A DNA stretch of 64,000 nt from Albugo candida (taxonomy: Eukaryota): positions 248,001 to 312,000 of the forward strand of contig JBDOQK010000014.1 in NCBI GenBank assembly GCA_040437565.1. Direction: 5' to 3'. A model generated the notes under the pieces. The model had not been told where the DNA came from. It made no database searches and saw only the letters and a program-made list of their open reading frames with translations. Positions 1-11,065 of the stretch are shown in pieces (the stretch's first letter is position 1; every line of letters begins with the position of its first letter). The translations under genes and the position numbers were made by a program.

Positions 1-743
1 TACGTCACAAGATTGACAGAAATCGCTGAGTGATCAATGATTCCTTGTTCGTTTTCAGACCCGTAAACTTTAGGAATGTATTTCAAGAGTTTTTCTGCAG
101 CATTTGAAACCAGTGAAGGCTCATGAATTTGAACATGTCTAACGCCAAGCTGATGGAGCGAATCAAACAGCTGCTTGTAGAGAGGTAGAACGCTCTCGAA
201 TAGGTTGTCAAATGTGACTCCCTCGAATTTACCCAAGCTTAGATACGTCAGAGGTCCCAAAATAACAGGAATTGTCTTTTCCTGTCCAACAACCTTAAAT
301 GCGCGCTTGACATGATCCAAAAAAGGCTCAAAATTGGCTTTTGGACATGTTTTGGCATTGAATTCTGGAACCTCATAATGATAGTTTGTATCAAACCATT
401 TGGTCATGTCCAGTGCTGGAATACCATCCATTCCACGTGCCATGGCGAAATATTGCTCTAAACCGACTTGCAAATGCTGGAAACGCTCCGGAGCGCAGCC
501 GAGGTAGTATGTCCAGTCCAGTACATGGTCATATAGAGAAAACATGCCAACAGGGACGCTATCAACTCCACGATCGAGTTGAGCTTGCCAATTAGCAGCT
601 TCCACAGTGTGTGCTACGTCATACAATTCATTTTCGGTGATTTTATGACGCCAAAATTTTTCCAGCGCAAATTTTAGCTCTCGGACGGGACCCATACGAG
701 GGAACCCGAGAGTGGAGCTGGTCACAGGTATCGTTGCCGCCAT
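1..743 (-). CDS. metE: Cobalamin-independent methionine synthase, N-terminal part (runs off window edge)
   Basis: Manual minus-strand translation from ATG at 743: MAATIPVTSSTLGFPRMGPVRELKFALEKFW...FSLYDHVLDW...MTKWFDTNYHYEVPEF, the hallmark MetE/Met6 N-terminal motifs. Absent from the ORF track because there is no stop inside the window. Confidence 0.95.
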   Translation of the reverse strand, partial: MAATIPVTSSTLGFPRMGPVRELKFALEKFWRHKITENELYDVAHTVEAANWQAQLDRGVDSVPVGMFSLYDHVLDWTYYLGCAPERFQHLQVGLEQYFAMARGMDGIPALDMTKWFDTNYHYEVPEFNAKTCPKANFEPFLDHVKRAFKVVGQEKTIPVILGPLTYLSLGKFEGVTFDNLFESVLPLYKQLFDSLHQLGVRHVQIHEPSLVSNAAEKLLKYIPKVYGSENEQGIIDHSAISVNLVT

Positions 744-875
744 ATTCTGAAATGAAGAATTACGAGGTGAGCGACTTTGTATCAAATAAGTGGTGGAGAT
801 TGAATTACTGATATGATTCGTCGAAATTCGGGTAAAGACAGAAAATAACCAATCATACACCCTGACGCTTCTGGC

Positions 876-2015
876 ATGTTGGACATTATTTCTTCCCTTT
901 TGCTCTCTTGCATTTTGTTCTATATTTTGCGTTTTGTTCACAAAGTATGGGAAATACGAGACCCGAAAGCGTGTGCGTGGACACAGATATGGTTTCAATT
1001 TCAAGTTAAGCTGCATTCCTTACTAGTTTGGTTCGAAGGAGCAGATAAAACATTGGAAGTGCTACCAGCCGCTGAGAAATTGCATCCGTTTGTGCTTAAA
1101 ATTATGGGCCAAAATCCGGGAAAAATGACACTTCAAGGAACCAACACGTATTTGGTCGGTATGGAGAAGAATCGACTACTGATTGATTGCAGTGACGGCA
1201 ATGATGCGTACATCGAATTACTGGCCCGGGTTTGCCAAGAGCATGGAGTGGAGCATATCAGCGACTTACTTCTCACACATGGACATCTTGATCATATGGG
1301 AGGAATTATGCACATCAAAAAGCTTTTTCCGGGAATTCGCGTATGGAAGTATATGAGCAATTCGGAAAGGAAGTCGAAGGGAGGGCTTCGAGTTCGAGAT
1401 CTTAGTTTGAAGGAGTCTTTTAGTGTTGGAGAAAACGTAACTTTGACGCCAATCTATGCGCCTGGACATAGTATGGACCATGTATGTTTTCTTCTTGATT
1501 TGGCTTGCACTCTGCAGGGCGCGAGAAAGCGATTTCTTTTCACGGGAGACTGCATTTTGGGTACTGGGAGCACTTCTTTCACATCGCTACATTCGCTCTT
1601 AGCAACTTTGAAGAAGCTAAAGGCATTACAATCAGACACGATGTATCCTGGTCACGGACCTATTATCGTAGATACTGATGGGAAGATCAATGACTACGTC
1701 GAACATCGTCTACAGCGTGAACGAGACATTCTGTTGATAATAAAAAAAGCGAAGGCTCCGATTGATGTCGATGAAATCACAAATATACTCTATCAGAACG
1801 TCACCTTTCTTGTCAAGATGGCGGCAAAGCGATCTGTTTTCCAGCATTTGATAAAACTGAAAGAGGATGGTAGAGTCAAGGTCAAAGTACAGCAGCATCG
1901 CTCGTTATTCTGTTGCTCAACAAAGCTGTATGAGCTCACGGGACAGAAGGATCTTATTCACAAATCGAACGTTTTTGAGAACTTTCATGAGTCGAATAAC
2001 TTCAAGCAAGAGTGA
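876..2015 (+). CDS. Metallo-beta-lactamase fold protein, LACTB2-like, with hydrophobic N-terminus
   Basis: NPGKMTLQGTNTYLVG, THGHLDH (HxHxDH), PGHSMDH, FTGDCILG, YPGHG motifs. Single 379-aa ORF. Confidence 0.85.
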   Translation: MLDIISSLLLSCILFYILRFVHKVWEIRDPKACAWTQIWFQFQVKLHSLLVWFEGADKTLEVLPAAEKLHPFVLKIMGQNPGKMTLQGTNTYLVGMEKNRLLIDCSDGNDAYIELLARVCQEHGVEHISDLLLTHGHLDHMGGIMHIKKLFPGIRVWKYMSNSERKSKGGLRVRDLSLKESFSVGENVTLTPIYAPGHSMDHVCFLLDLACTLQGARKRFLFTGDCILGTGSTSFTSLHSLLATLKKLKALQSDTMYPGHGPIIVDTDGKINDYVEHRLQRERDILLIIKKAKAPIDVDEITNILYQNVTFLVKMAAKRSVFQHLIKLKEDGRVKVKVQQHRSLFCCSTKLYELTGQKDLIHKSNVFENFHESNNFKQE

Positions 2016-2092
2016 GGAAAAAACCGCAGCTGCGCAGATTTCGCGCACGCAATCGCCAAACATTCACATACACATAGTATCAGCTCGGAAAT

Positions 2093-5000
2093 TCAAAAAG
2101 GTTCCAAGCTATCGATCGTGTCACTGTCAATCGCCAATCCCAAACAGCTTGTGACGAAACTTCGACTCAGCCTTCTGTGCATTTTTGAAAGTACTTCTGC
2201 CAGGTGCTTATGCCCCAACAAACGTATCTTCGCAAAAGCCGTATTCAGAAGCTCCTTGTCATCAGGCATGGATACCTTTGTATCTGTATCGACCCCAGTC
2301 TCCACTTGATCTTCGTCCCAGTCAGCCCAAACTGAAGTATCACTATCGGTGCGACTCTTCTCTGTACACAGCCACATTGTTTCAAAAATGAAGAGAACCT
2401 GAGATTGAACACTGCTTTCTCGCATTTCCCACGCTAATAAGGAGATTTCACACACTTGATGCACAATGATCGAATCCATACTCCGACTTGTCTTGCAAAA
2501 TTCTTCCGTAATTGTAAGGCAACACGAAATGAATTCCTGATGATTTTCTCTAAAGTATGATGATCTAAAAAGCATATGGAGTCCTGACAGCAGATACCAA
2601 TGGGCGTCAGTCTTTGAAATCATAATCCAACGTAGCTGCAATAAAAATTATTGTCAATGCGGTTGGAAAAAGCAGCACAAGCCTACCGAGTCCTCTGAGA
2701 GCAGCCAGCCACTAATAATTTGGAGAAGCTTCCAAGAGCGTTTGGAGCTCACTTCGGGTTTCATCCCATGGGTTTCCTCCAAGTACGCAGCCACAAATGA
2801 TGGGATCATTCGAACCAGAGAAATGCTCAATATCCGGTCCAGGGAGTTTCGATTACACTGAATAGAGAGCGAGATTGGCTTACAATGTTGCTTCAAGGCT
2901 TCTTCTGAAGGAGAAACACGAGTTTGACAGACTGAGATGACATCCAATGCTTGGTGGACCAAATTCAGATGCGATGTATGCGTTTTATGGCTAGAAATTA
3001 CGACAAAAGCGGCTATTGGAGCTTGGATCGCCATAACCCAGGCTTCATTATCGCTAAAAGAGTTCGAATCGAACAAATCCGCATTGGTTGTTGTCGAAAG
3101 CAATTCTGTCACAATTGAGATTGCTACATTGATCAAATGTGTGATGAGTTTTGTAGTCCCGGCAGTATCTTGACCCTCTATTGCCAGGTGCTCCTGCAGG
3201 AAACGTATATGGAAGCACAAAAATCGCACTACCCATCGAGTCATTTGCGGATTTCCACTTGCGACTACCTCCTCCTTCAGTATGTCGATACAGCAATCGC
3301 CATTTTCATCTGGCTTGTCACAAATCTCCAACCACAAAAGCAGCCTCACAAGACCTCCGAGTGTCTGTTTGATCATTCTCTGAAGCTCAAATTGTTTAAA
3401 AGTACAACAGCACATTATCTGCTGCAAGAAGCCGGTGAAGACCTTTTTCCAAAAGGATCTGTACGAACAGCTCGTGTCCGATCGGTTCCGCTGAATATCA
3501 ACATTGATGAGATCAACTATAGTCGAACGACGTCCGTTATCAACACTCCGATGAGCAAGATGATTTCTCTGCCAACTGATACATACTCCTAAATTATCAA
3601 CCATCCAAGTAGCATGATGTGGTTCTTCATGAGCCCACTGCCAGAGCTTGAGATCTTGATCAGCACTTGACAGATGGAGACAATCACCTTGATTCCATCG
3701 GTGTGAGTTTTTAACGTGTGGAGTGGCCAAAAGTTTGGTTTCTGGGTATTCAAAACTGAGAAGTAAATCTCTACCCAAAATGTTGGTGATCGTCTCAACG
3801 CATAAAAGTTGTCCTTCCCTCCCTTGCCATAAACAGAGATCTTGAAGTGGTTGAGCGGTTCCATTTTTGATGGTCGTTATAATCTGGATAAGAAGCGTCA
3901 TAGCCAAACCTGGAGCATCATTTCCATCTTTATCTGACGTATCGATTTTTTGTATCGCCTTATGCATCAATGCTTCGATTATCAAGCTTGCGTTTTGTCG
4001 TACACTGGAGGCCACATGCATGACATATCGGTCCAAGGTCGAATTGATGAAACTCCAGTGCCGTAACAAGAACTCACAGTCTAACGATGGAATGACTTGC
4101 ACCAGAGCATCTAGATAGCCTTCTGCAACATGACAATCGAGCAGCTTGGGCACATTGTGAGTACCAGAATCTTCATTGGACTTGTCAGCGTTCATGAGAT
4201 GAAGCTTGCTCAAAAGCTCCTGGAATGTTGTAACACGGGTAGTGTTATCGCACAAGTTTATGAAAAGACTCAATGCATTTGCTGCTTGCTCCCGAACATT
4301 CTGCTGTTCATGAAGTAGACAACGGTACAGCACCTTCTTTCCAGACTCAATCAATGAACGTGGTAGATGCCGAGGGAAGAGAATATGGGACCCGAATGAA
4401 TACGTCACACGAGTATGTCTCGCAGCCGCATACTTGCCTCTGATGCTTTGGGAAACTGTGACAGCACCAATTTGATTCTGTGTCGGTAGTTCTGACACCC
4501 GAAAACAACAAAGTAATTTGCAGAGCATCATCAACGCTCCATGCTTGGACCGCCATGCCGTTTTTTTCGCTTCATGGGATTCCTCTGGAGCTGAAGCTAT
4601 CAGAAGCAATCTATCCAGCAATTTATCTACATCTTTTGCAGTGTATAATGGGGTCTTGGATCTGCTCAACCTCTCAATTTGTCCGGCAGTGTCTTTGCGT
4701 ACCGCTGACCAGATATCTGAGGCGCCCAGGAGAAGGAAGCTGGATAGAGCTTCAGCGAGACTTTGACTGTACGCTTTATGCTCTACACCATTTACGACTT
4801 CAAAGCCTAAGAGAAATACTTTTTGGCGAATCTGAGGAACTTGAATGTGGCCAACAATGAAGGAAAACGCTCGTATCACATTCAATGGCTTTGTTCTCGC
4901 ACAGAAGGCACTATTACAATCGGACAGAAATGCAATTCAGAGATAATTAGGTGGAAATGCATCAGATATTCGCACTTTAGTAATAGCTGTAAAGGCGAAA

Positions 5001-5406
5001 GAATATCATCTCCTCGCGAGTCAGAGTTCATTGTGGGTGCTTCAGCATCGTGTGTCACCGGTTCAGAAAAACAGCGAGTTACAAGAAAATAAAAGAATTG
5101 CTCCAAGAGTGATGGGAACGGAATGAGAACTTTTGCGTCGGTATCGATGGATTGTACATGTTCGTGACAAGCTGGTGTGTTTAGCATCACTTTCAGCCAT
5201 AGACTTATGTCATCACGAGGATTTTCAGCTCGTAATAATTGACACAATTGCTCGAGTGTTGCTGCTTCTATCTCAAGCCTTTGTCGGTCGATCAATAGCG
5301 CACGGATTAGACTCACACCAGCGCTGTTACTTTTCGGTGTTTCGTTCATATTCATTGTGGCTCGCGAGGATCGAGCAGTCGCGAAGCTGATCCTCTGCTT
5401 AAACAT
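2093..5406 (-). CDS. Large hypothetical protein, probable ARM/HEAT-repeat fold (about 3 exons)
   Basis: Three consecutive minus-strand ORFs (174, 743, 182 aa) can be joined by GT-AG introns (e.g. GTAGGC...TTGCAG near 2638-2688). HEAT-like segments WSAVRKDTA, QNVREQAANAL, SSVRQNAS. Confidence 0.6.
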
Positions 5407-5497
5407 CGCACTAAATTGATACTATTCGAACGTTAATACTCAGAAACAGAACGCTAGTCGATCGTGTTCGCGATCACGCTCCGTATAAACGCTGATC

Positions 5498-6922
5498 ATG
5501 ACGCTGGATCGTACGGACGAGCTTGAGAGAATACGACGAGAATTTGATGATGCAATGGTTCATTGGGCAAACGACAAAGGCTCAAAGTATCCAATGATAA
5601 CGTTGACGTACGCACAGAGTATCGACGGATGTATCGCAGTAAGAAAAGGTATCACTCCTATTAACGCTTGAAAGTATCGCTACGGCAGCGAATGCGTAGG
5701 CTCTCCGACCACATTGAGTGGATCCAGCTCCATGACGATGACTCACATGCTCAGGACATTGCATCAAGGCATTCTGATTGGGATTGAATCACTCCTTAGC
5801 GATAATCCATCATTGACGGCACGACTCGTATCTGGCAAGTAGCTTTCATCATCATAACGCTAGATATCTAACGTAAGTCGTAGGCCGCCAGCCAAAGCCT
5901 ATCGTAATCGACACAAAACTTCGATGTCCGCTTGATTGCAAGTTAATATCTGACTCAAGCTGTCTCAAACCTGTTGTCGTATGTGGCAACGCAGATACTC
6001 CAAGTACGCTCTCTTTAGCTCCAGCTTGGCTTGGTCTCAAGTCCGCATTGTAGCCTTACGATTGCGAAAACAGTCGCTGGAGCAAGCTGGTGTAGTCGTC
6101 ATCGAATGCGACACCATGTGTACGTCCGACGGAACTCAACACGTGCATCTCAGCCGCGCATTTGGTAATCAGATAATGTCATGTATAGACCTCACATCAT
6201 ACCTCTTCTGTCAGAGCTACTTTATAAACACGGCTTCCAGAGCATTATGGTCGAAGGAGGAGCTGGAATCATTACTTCATGCTTAAAAGAGCAGACGCTA
6301 TCTTCTCTCGTGTCATTAGTTATCATTACAATCGCCCCAATATTTGTTAGTAGCCCTTGGCTCCATCTCAAAGCCCCAGATAATAACTTGTTTTGGTAGA
6401 NNNNNNNNNNNNNNNNNNNNNNNNNNNNNNNNNNNNNNNNNNNNNNNNNNNNNNNNNNNNNNNNNNNNNNNNNNNNNNNNNNNNNNNNNNNNNNNNNNNN
6501 TGTACGTCCGACGGAACTCAACACGTGCATCTCAGCCGCGCATTTGGTAATCAGATAATGTCATGTATAGACCTCACATCATACCTCTTCTGTCAGAGCT
6601 ACTTTATAAACACGGCTTCCAGAGCATTATGGTCGAAGGAGGAGCTGGAATCATTACTTCATGCTTAAAAGAGCAGACGCTATCTTCTCTCGTGTCATTA
6701 GTTATCATTACAATCGCCCCAATATTTGTTAGTAGCCCTTGGCTCCATCTCAAAGCCCCAGATAATAACTTGTTTTGGTAGATTGGCGGCCTGCATTCTG
6801 TCAATAGTATAGTATCGAGTTCAAGCTTCCCAAGGCTACAGAACACGCTATGTGTCAAAATGGACATTGATATGGTGCTTGTGGGAAAGTTTCTATCGCA
6901 GCCGTTGCTCCAAAATTCGTAA
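5498..6922 (+). CDS. RibD C-terminal (Rib7-type) pyrimidine reductase, riboflavin biosynthesis; multi-exon, interrupted by an assembly gap
   Basis: MTLDRTDE...ITLTYAQSIDGCIA, DNPSLTARL, PIVIDTKLRCP, SIMVEGGAGII, ITIAPI motifs of the RibD_C family. Sequence ~6119-6400 is repeated after the gap. Confidence 0.8.
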
Positions 6923-6946
6923 TCAACAAAAGCCCTGTGTGATCTT

Positions 6947-9628
6947 TTATTTCAGAGCGTAATATTTATTCTCGACTGGGTCATGGTAGCAGCGCAGAAT
7001 AGGATCATAGACGAGTTCAACGGATTGATTCGGGGCAATTGCGTCCTTCGGCTTCATCACACTCCACTCAGTCGATGCCAGTAGATGTGCAAGTCGTTCT
7101 TTATTCGAAGAGCTACGTGGTTCGGATCTCTGATCCACGATCCACGAATCTGGCCAAGATACCGGTGATGTCTCTTGTGGAAGCGCTCGCGTCTGATTAT
7201 CACTTTCTATGCTTTGAGTATTTATTCGTTCGTGCAGCTGATCGTCTTCCATGGTAGTCGTTAGAAATGAACCCATCTTTTGGTACGATGACTTACCGAA
7301 TGAAAAGCTCATACCGACCTCCACATCGAGATCCTCATCCATTGATTTGGAAGCGGTTGTGTTCGGCTCCGTTGCATGGTCACCACTCCCAGTCGAGACA
7401 GTGTTGGCTAGGTCACCGCGATCGCTTTCATCTCGCGTTTCAGAATCGCTAGGCTGGATGGGCTGGTTCTCTGTCAAAGCAGCCAAATCTGCAGAGCTGA
7501 TTGCACAATGTCAGTTCCTAGAAGGCTTTATATTTGCAACATACAGATCCAGGGAAAGCTCTTCTTCATCGTCGTCCGTTTCTTTCGAATTCTCATCGCT
7601 CGTACAGTCTTTTTGCAGACCAGTCTCAGCATATTTATCATTGAGACGCGTTCCACATTGTTCAGGCTCTATTTTGCGGTCTTGGAGTAGTGAATTATAT
7701 AAAGCGGAGCCTCTTTTCGGTCTCAGTGCATTGACCAAAAGCGACGCGATATGATCATCAAAATTAGCGCTCCTGGCTCGGACGGGTGACGAAATGTGTG
7801 CTCTTAATGTGGGCACTGAATAGTCGACGCGTAGATGAGGATTCTGAAGAAAATACGAAAAGTTTTGATCTGTTTTCTTATCGAGCGGTGAGTTTTGATC
7901 CAAAGGAGATGACGCGTGGGGTTTACTCACATCCTCTGCAGGCGCGCTCAAGCTCTCTTTCAACGGTGTGGCAGCCTGCTTCTCATGTTCATCTTCTATG
8001 GTGAACCATTCCTTGCTCAGCGACACAAGACGATCACTTAGGTCACCTTTGATGGTCGAGGATTCTGAAGCGATTGTTTCAGAGTCGACGTCGTTTCCAG
8101 TTTGAAAAATTGTTCTTGGTGAGCTCGCTAGACCTTCATTGTTGGCAAATTCATGTGTGTTCGAAGCGAGTAATTGGGAAGCATATGACGCTTTGCTCGT
8201 GGACAGCTTATCGGGTGTAGTCGTACATGAGAGCCCTTCGAGTGTATCGCGAATCTCGCTCATAATTCTCTGCCGTTTATCTGCTTTTTCTGACTCAACG
8301 CTCTCTCTTTTAGCTACCGCTGATTCCATATCGATATTTTGATTCAATTGTATCGATTTCAATGATTTCATTGCGATATCGGTCGAAGATGGTGGATTCT
8401 CCTGTGACTTTTGCATACCTGAAGCTTCATCGTCCTGCCCTCCACCGTATCCTTCCAAAGAAGATGTGATTCCATCAGACTGGACCTTCTCCTTCAATGC
8501 AGGTCGCACAAGTTTTGAATTGTCATTTTGTGACGGATGTTCAGCTAACGGCTGTACAAATTCCAGTTTGTCGGACTGTGTCGGTGAAGCAGCTTGGGTA
8601 CTTTCCATTGAGGATGCAACTTCATGCGTATCCTGATTAGACCTGTGACCTTCGACTAGACTTTGACGCTTTAGTAGGCTTGCTCTTCTGATCAAAATTG
8701 GACTTGAATTTGTCATCGGAATTTCGATCTCTTTGGCTTTGGGTGCTAATTGGTGTCGAGATTGACGAGATTTTTCATGCAAGTTGTTTTGAAGTGGTTT
8801 CTTCCTACTGCTACTCTCTCTCTTCACCATCCGAGTCTTATCAGTGTATTTCGACTGGATCTTGAGACACGATGAAATTGTTTGGCTGCTACTTGCGCTC
8901 TCAAACATAAGATACTCGGTCGGCACTAAGTAACCATCTCCACCCATTCCCTTCCACTTTGGAATGTCGTGGTGTGTTGAAGGAGTTGTTGTTGTGTATA
9001 GAAATTGTTTTGGGATGTCTCGTATGTCAGCATGTCGAGCAACCTTCCCATCACAGAAACTCATATCGGTGGGCCGTGGGGCATCTTTCATTGTGAAAAC
9101 TCGCCGGAGTTGACAAGCCCCGCTGATCGAAATCGTGTCGATAGATTTAAAGCAATCTACAGAGTCCTGGGGATAGTCAAAGCTGTTAATCACGAGATAT
9201 GACATATCGAACACCAGATTCATCCATGTATCACGCGGTACTTTGCTACTGAGCGGGATCTGAGCATGTAAGGGATTATGCACAAAGTCTCGAAAGGCAG
9301 AGGAGACAATAAGTCGACGTCTATTTCTTTGAAAGTCTGAGAACCCAATTTCAATGCATAACGATCGTGTGTATGGCACGAGGATCTGAAACAGCAGGAA
9401 ACGCTGCATAAAGACAGCTGTACCAAATTTGGTGTCTTTAGGGAATTGTATATGTGTGTCGCTATTTCCTTCCAAATGAAATGCATTCGATTTGATTCTT
9501 TTATCAAACGATTTAATCACTCGACCTTTGCATTTCCAATTTTCAGCCGAGGTCCTTCCTTGAGCGCTCAGTAGCTCGATATGATCGCTCCCCTGGAAGA
9601 AAGGATTGCTCATCATTGATCTATTCAT
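6947..9628 (-). CDS. CFAP20DC: CFAP20-domain-containing protein (C3orf67-like), 2 exons
   Basis: N-terminal CFA20/DUF667 domain (FFQGSDHIELLSAQG...RRRLIVSSAF...LHAQIPL...WMNLVFD...CQLRRVFTMK), long disordered middle, C-terminal YDPILRCYHDPVENKYYALK motif. GTATGT...CTGAC...TGCAG intron near 7489-7544. Confidence 0.8.
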
Positions 9629-10215
9629 AGCAGGTCACAGGCGGCCTTTTGATGCATCGCCCAGTACTGAGATGCTTATTAACGGCCCATCGGACCCACG
9701 GTATATTCAATTAGAGCGGCAGCACATGCATTGCACTCGTCAGCCTCTTGCCATCATCCACGGAATTGAATACATTCCTCAGCTTTTTCTGCTCTCGTAG
9801 CGATACAATTAAATCTACCAAAGATCCTGATTGTATAGCGGTAGTATGAAGAGGTCTGATGACAATATCGACGCATCCTATGGCTGCAAAGAGAAGCAAG
9901 AAGGAACAATTCATTGCGATGAGCGCAATGAAAACATTTTGTTGGCCGATTGAGACTTTTAACCAATCATCAACAGATTGATCTCACTGGTTCTAAGCAA
10001 AGGAAAATGTTCCGCTCTGCTACAGCACTTTTGCGCGTTAGTCGTCAGCTTTCAGCGACGTCTATNNNNNNNNNNNNNNNNNNNNNNNNNNNNNNNNNNN
10101 NNNNNNNNNNNNNNNNNNNNNNNNNNNNNNNNNNNNNNNNNNNNNNNNNNNNNNNNNNNNNNNNNTTTTAACCAATCATCAACAGATTGATCTCACTGGT
10201 TCTAAGCAAAGGAAA

Positions 10216-11002
10216 ATGTTCCGCTCTGCTACAGCACTTTTGCGCGTTAGTCGTCAGCTTTCAGCGACGTCTATCCAATCGCTTAGACAAACTGCAGCTC
10301 CAAAATGCCTTACGCAGCAACGGTGTTCTCAGTTCTCATCAATGCCATCACTACAGGCGATTTTTAAGGTAGCATATCCACTCGATTATGTATTAATTTT
10401 GACCACTTAATACCCAAATGTAGCGTGAAATTGTTGATGAAAAAGGAAATTGCTTTGAATCAGAAGCCATGCAGAATTTACGCACAAAACTTGGAAAAGT
10501 ATTTGAGATTATCGAGGAGCCCGGTAGCATGAAAGTGGAATTGAAAGGAGTGATGGACAAAGATCACGTTCACATTTACTTTAATGCTCAAGATACTGTG
10601 GAAAGTGATGATGAGTGGGAAGATGAGGAGGAAGAAGAGTTTGTTGATGTCGCAGATGAAGAAGATGAGGAAGAAACCGATGAATTGCCTGCGGTTCGTT
10701 TCATTGCGGATATTAGTCGGGGAAAAGAAGTTCTTCGATTTGATTGTGTAGCTAGTGGCAACATCACGATTGAAAAGATGCGATTCATCAAAGATATCGA
10801 CACTGTAGACGATGACGAATACACGTATGAAGGCCCTAACTTTGTTGATTTGGAGATGGATATGCAGGAACGCCTTTACGAATATTTGAGTGATCGCTTT
10901 GTGGACAACGACGTCGGCCGTTTCATTGCGGAATACGCAGATTTGAAAGAGCAAAAAGAATACGTATCGTTCCTGCAAAACACTGCTAAATTCATCAAGT
11001 AA
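10216..11002 (+). CDS. MAM33: Mitochondrial acidic matrix glycoprotein (MAM33/p32/C1QBP family)
   Basis: Arg/Ser-rich presequence MFRSATALLRVSRQLS, acidic loop, YEGPNFVDLEMDMQ...KEQKEYVSFL. Intron 10369-10423. The start is also duplicated at 10008 before the gap. Confidence 0.85.
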
Positions 11003-11065
11003 TTCATATACTGGCTGGCATACTTCCTCCTGTATCTGATTGAATACTTTTTAAATCTCGAGACT

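Noticed and set aside
4882..4885. 4-nt stop/start overlap resembling bacterial translational coupling
   Set aside because: The TTG start is an ORF-finder artefact. The ORFs are better explained as exons joined by a GT-AG intron.
9640..9970. Short minus-strand ORFs with a possible in-frame TGA read-through, and a faint U3/snoRNA-like look
   Set aside because: No recognisable protein motif, SECIS or complete C/D box set. Most simply the divergent promoter/UTR between CFAP20DC and MAM33.
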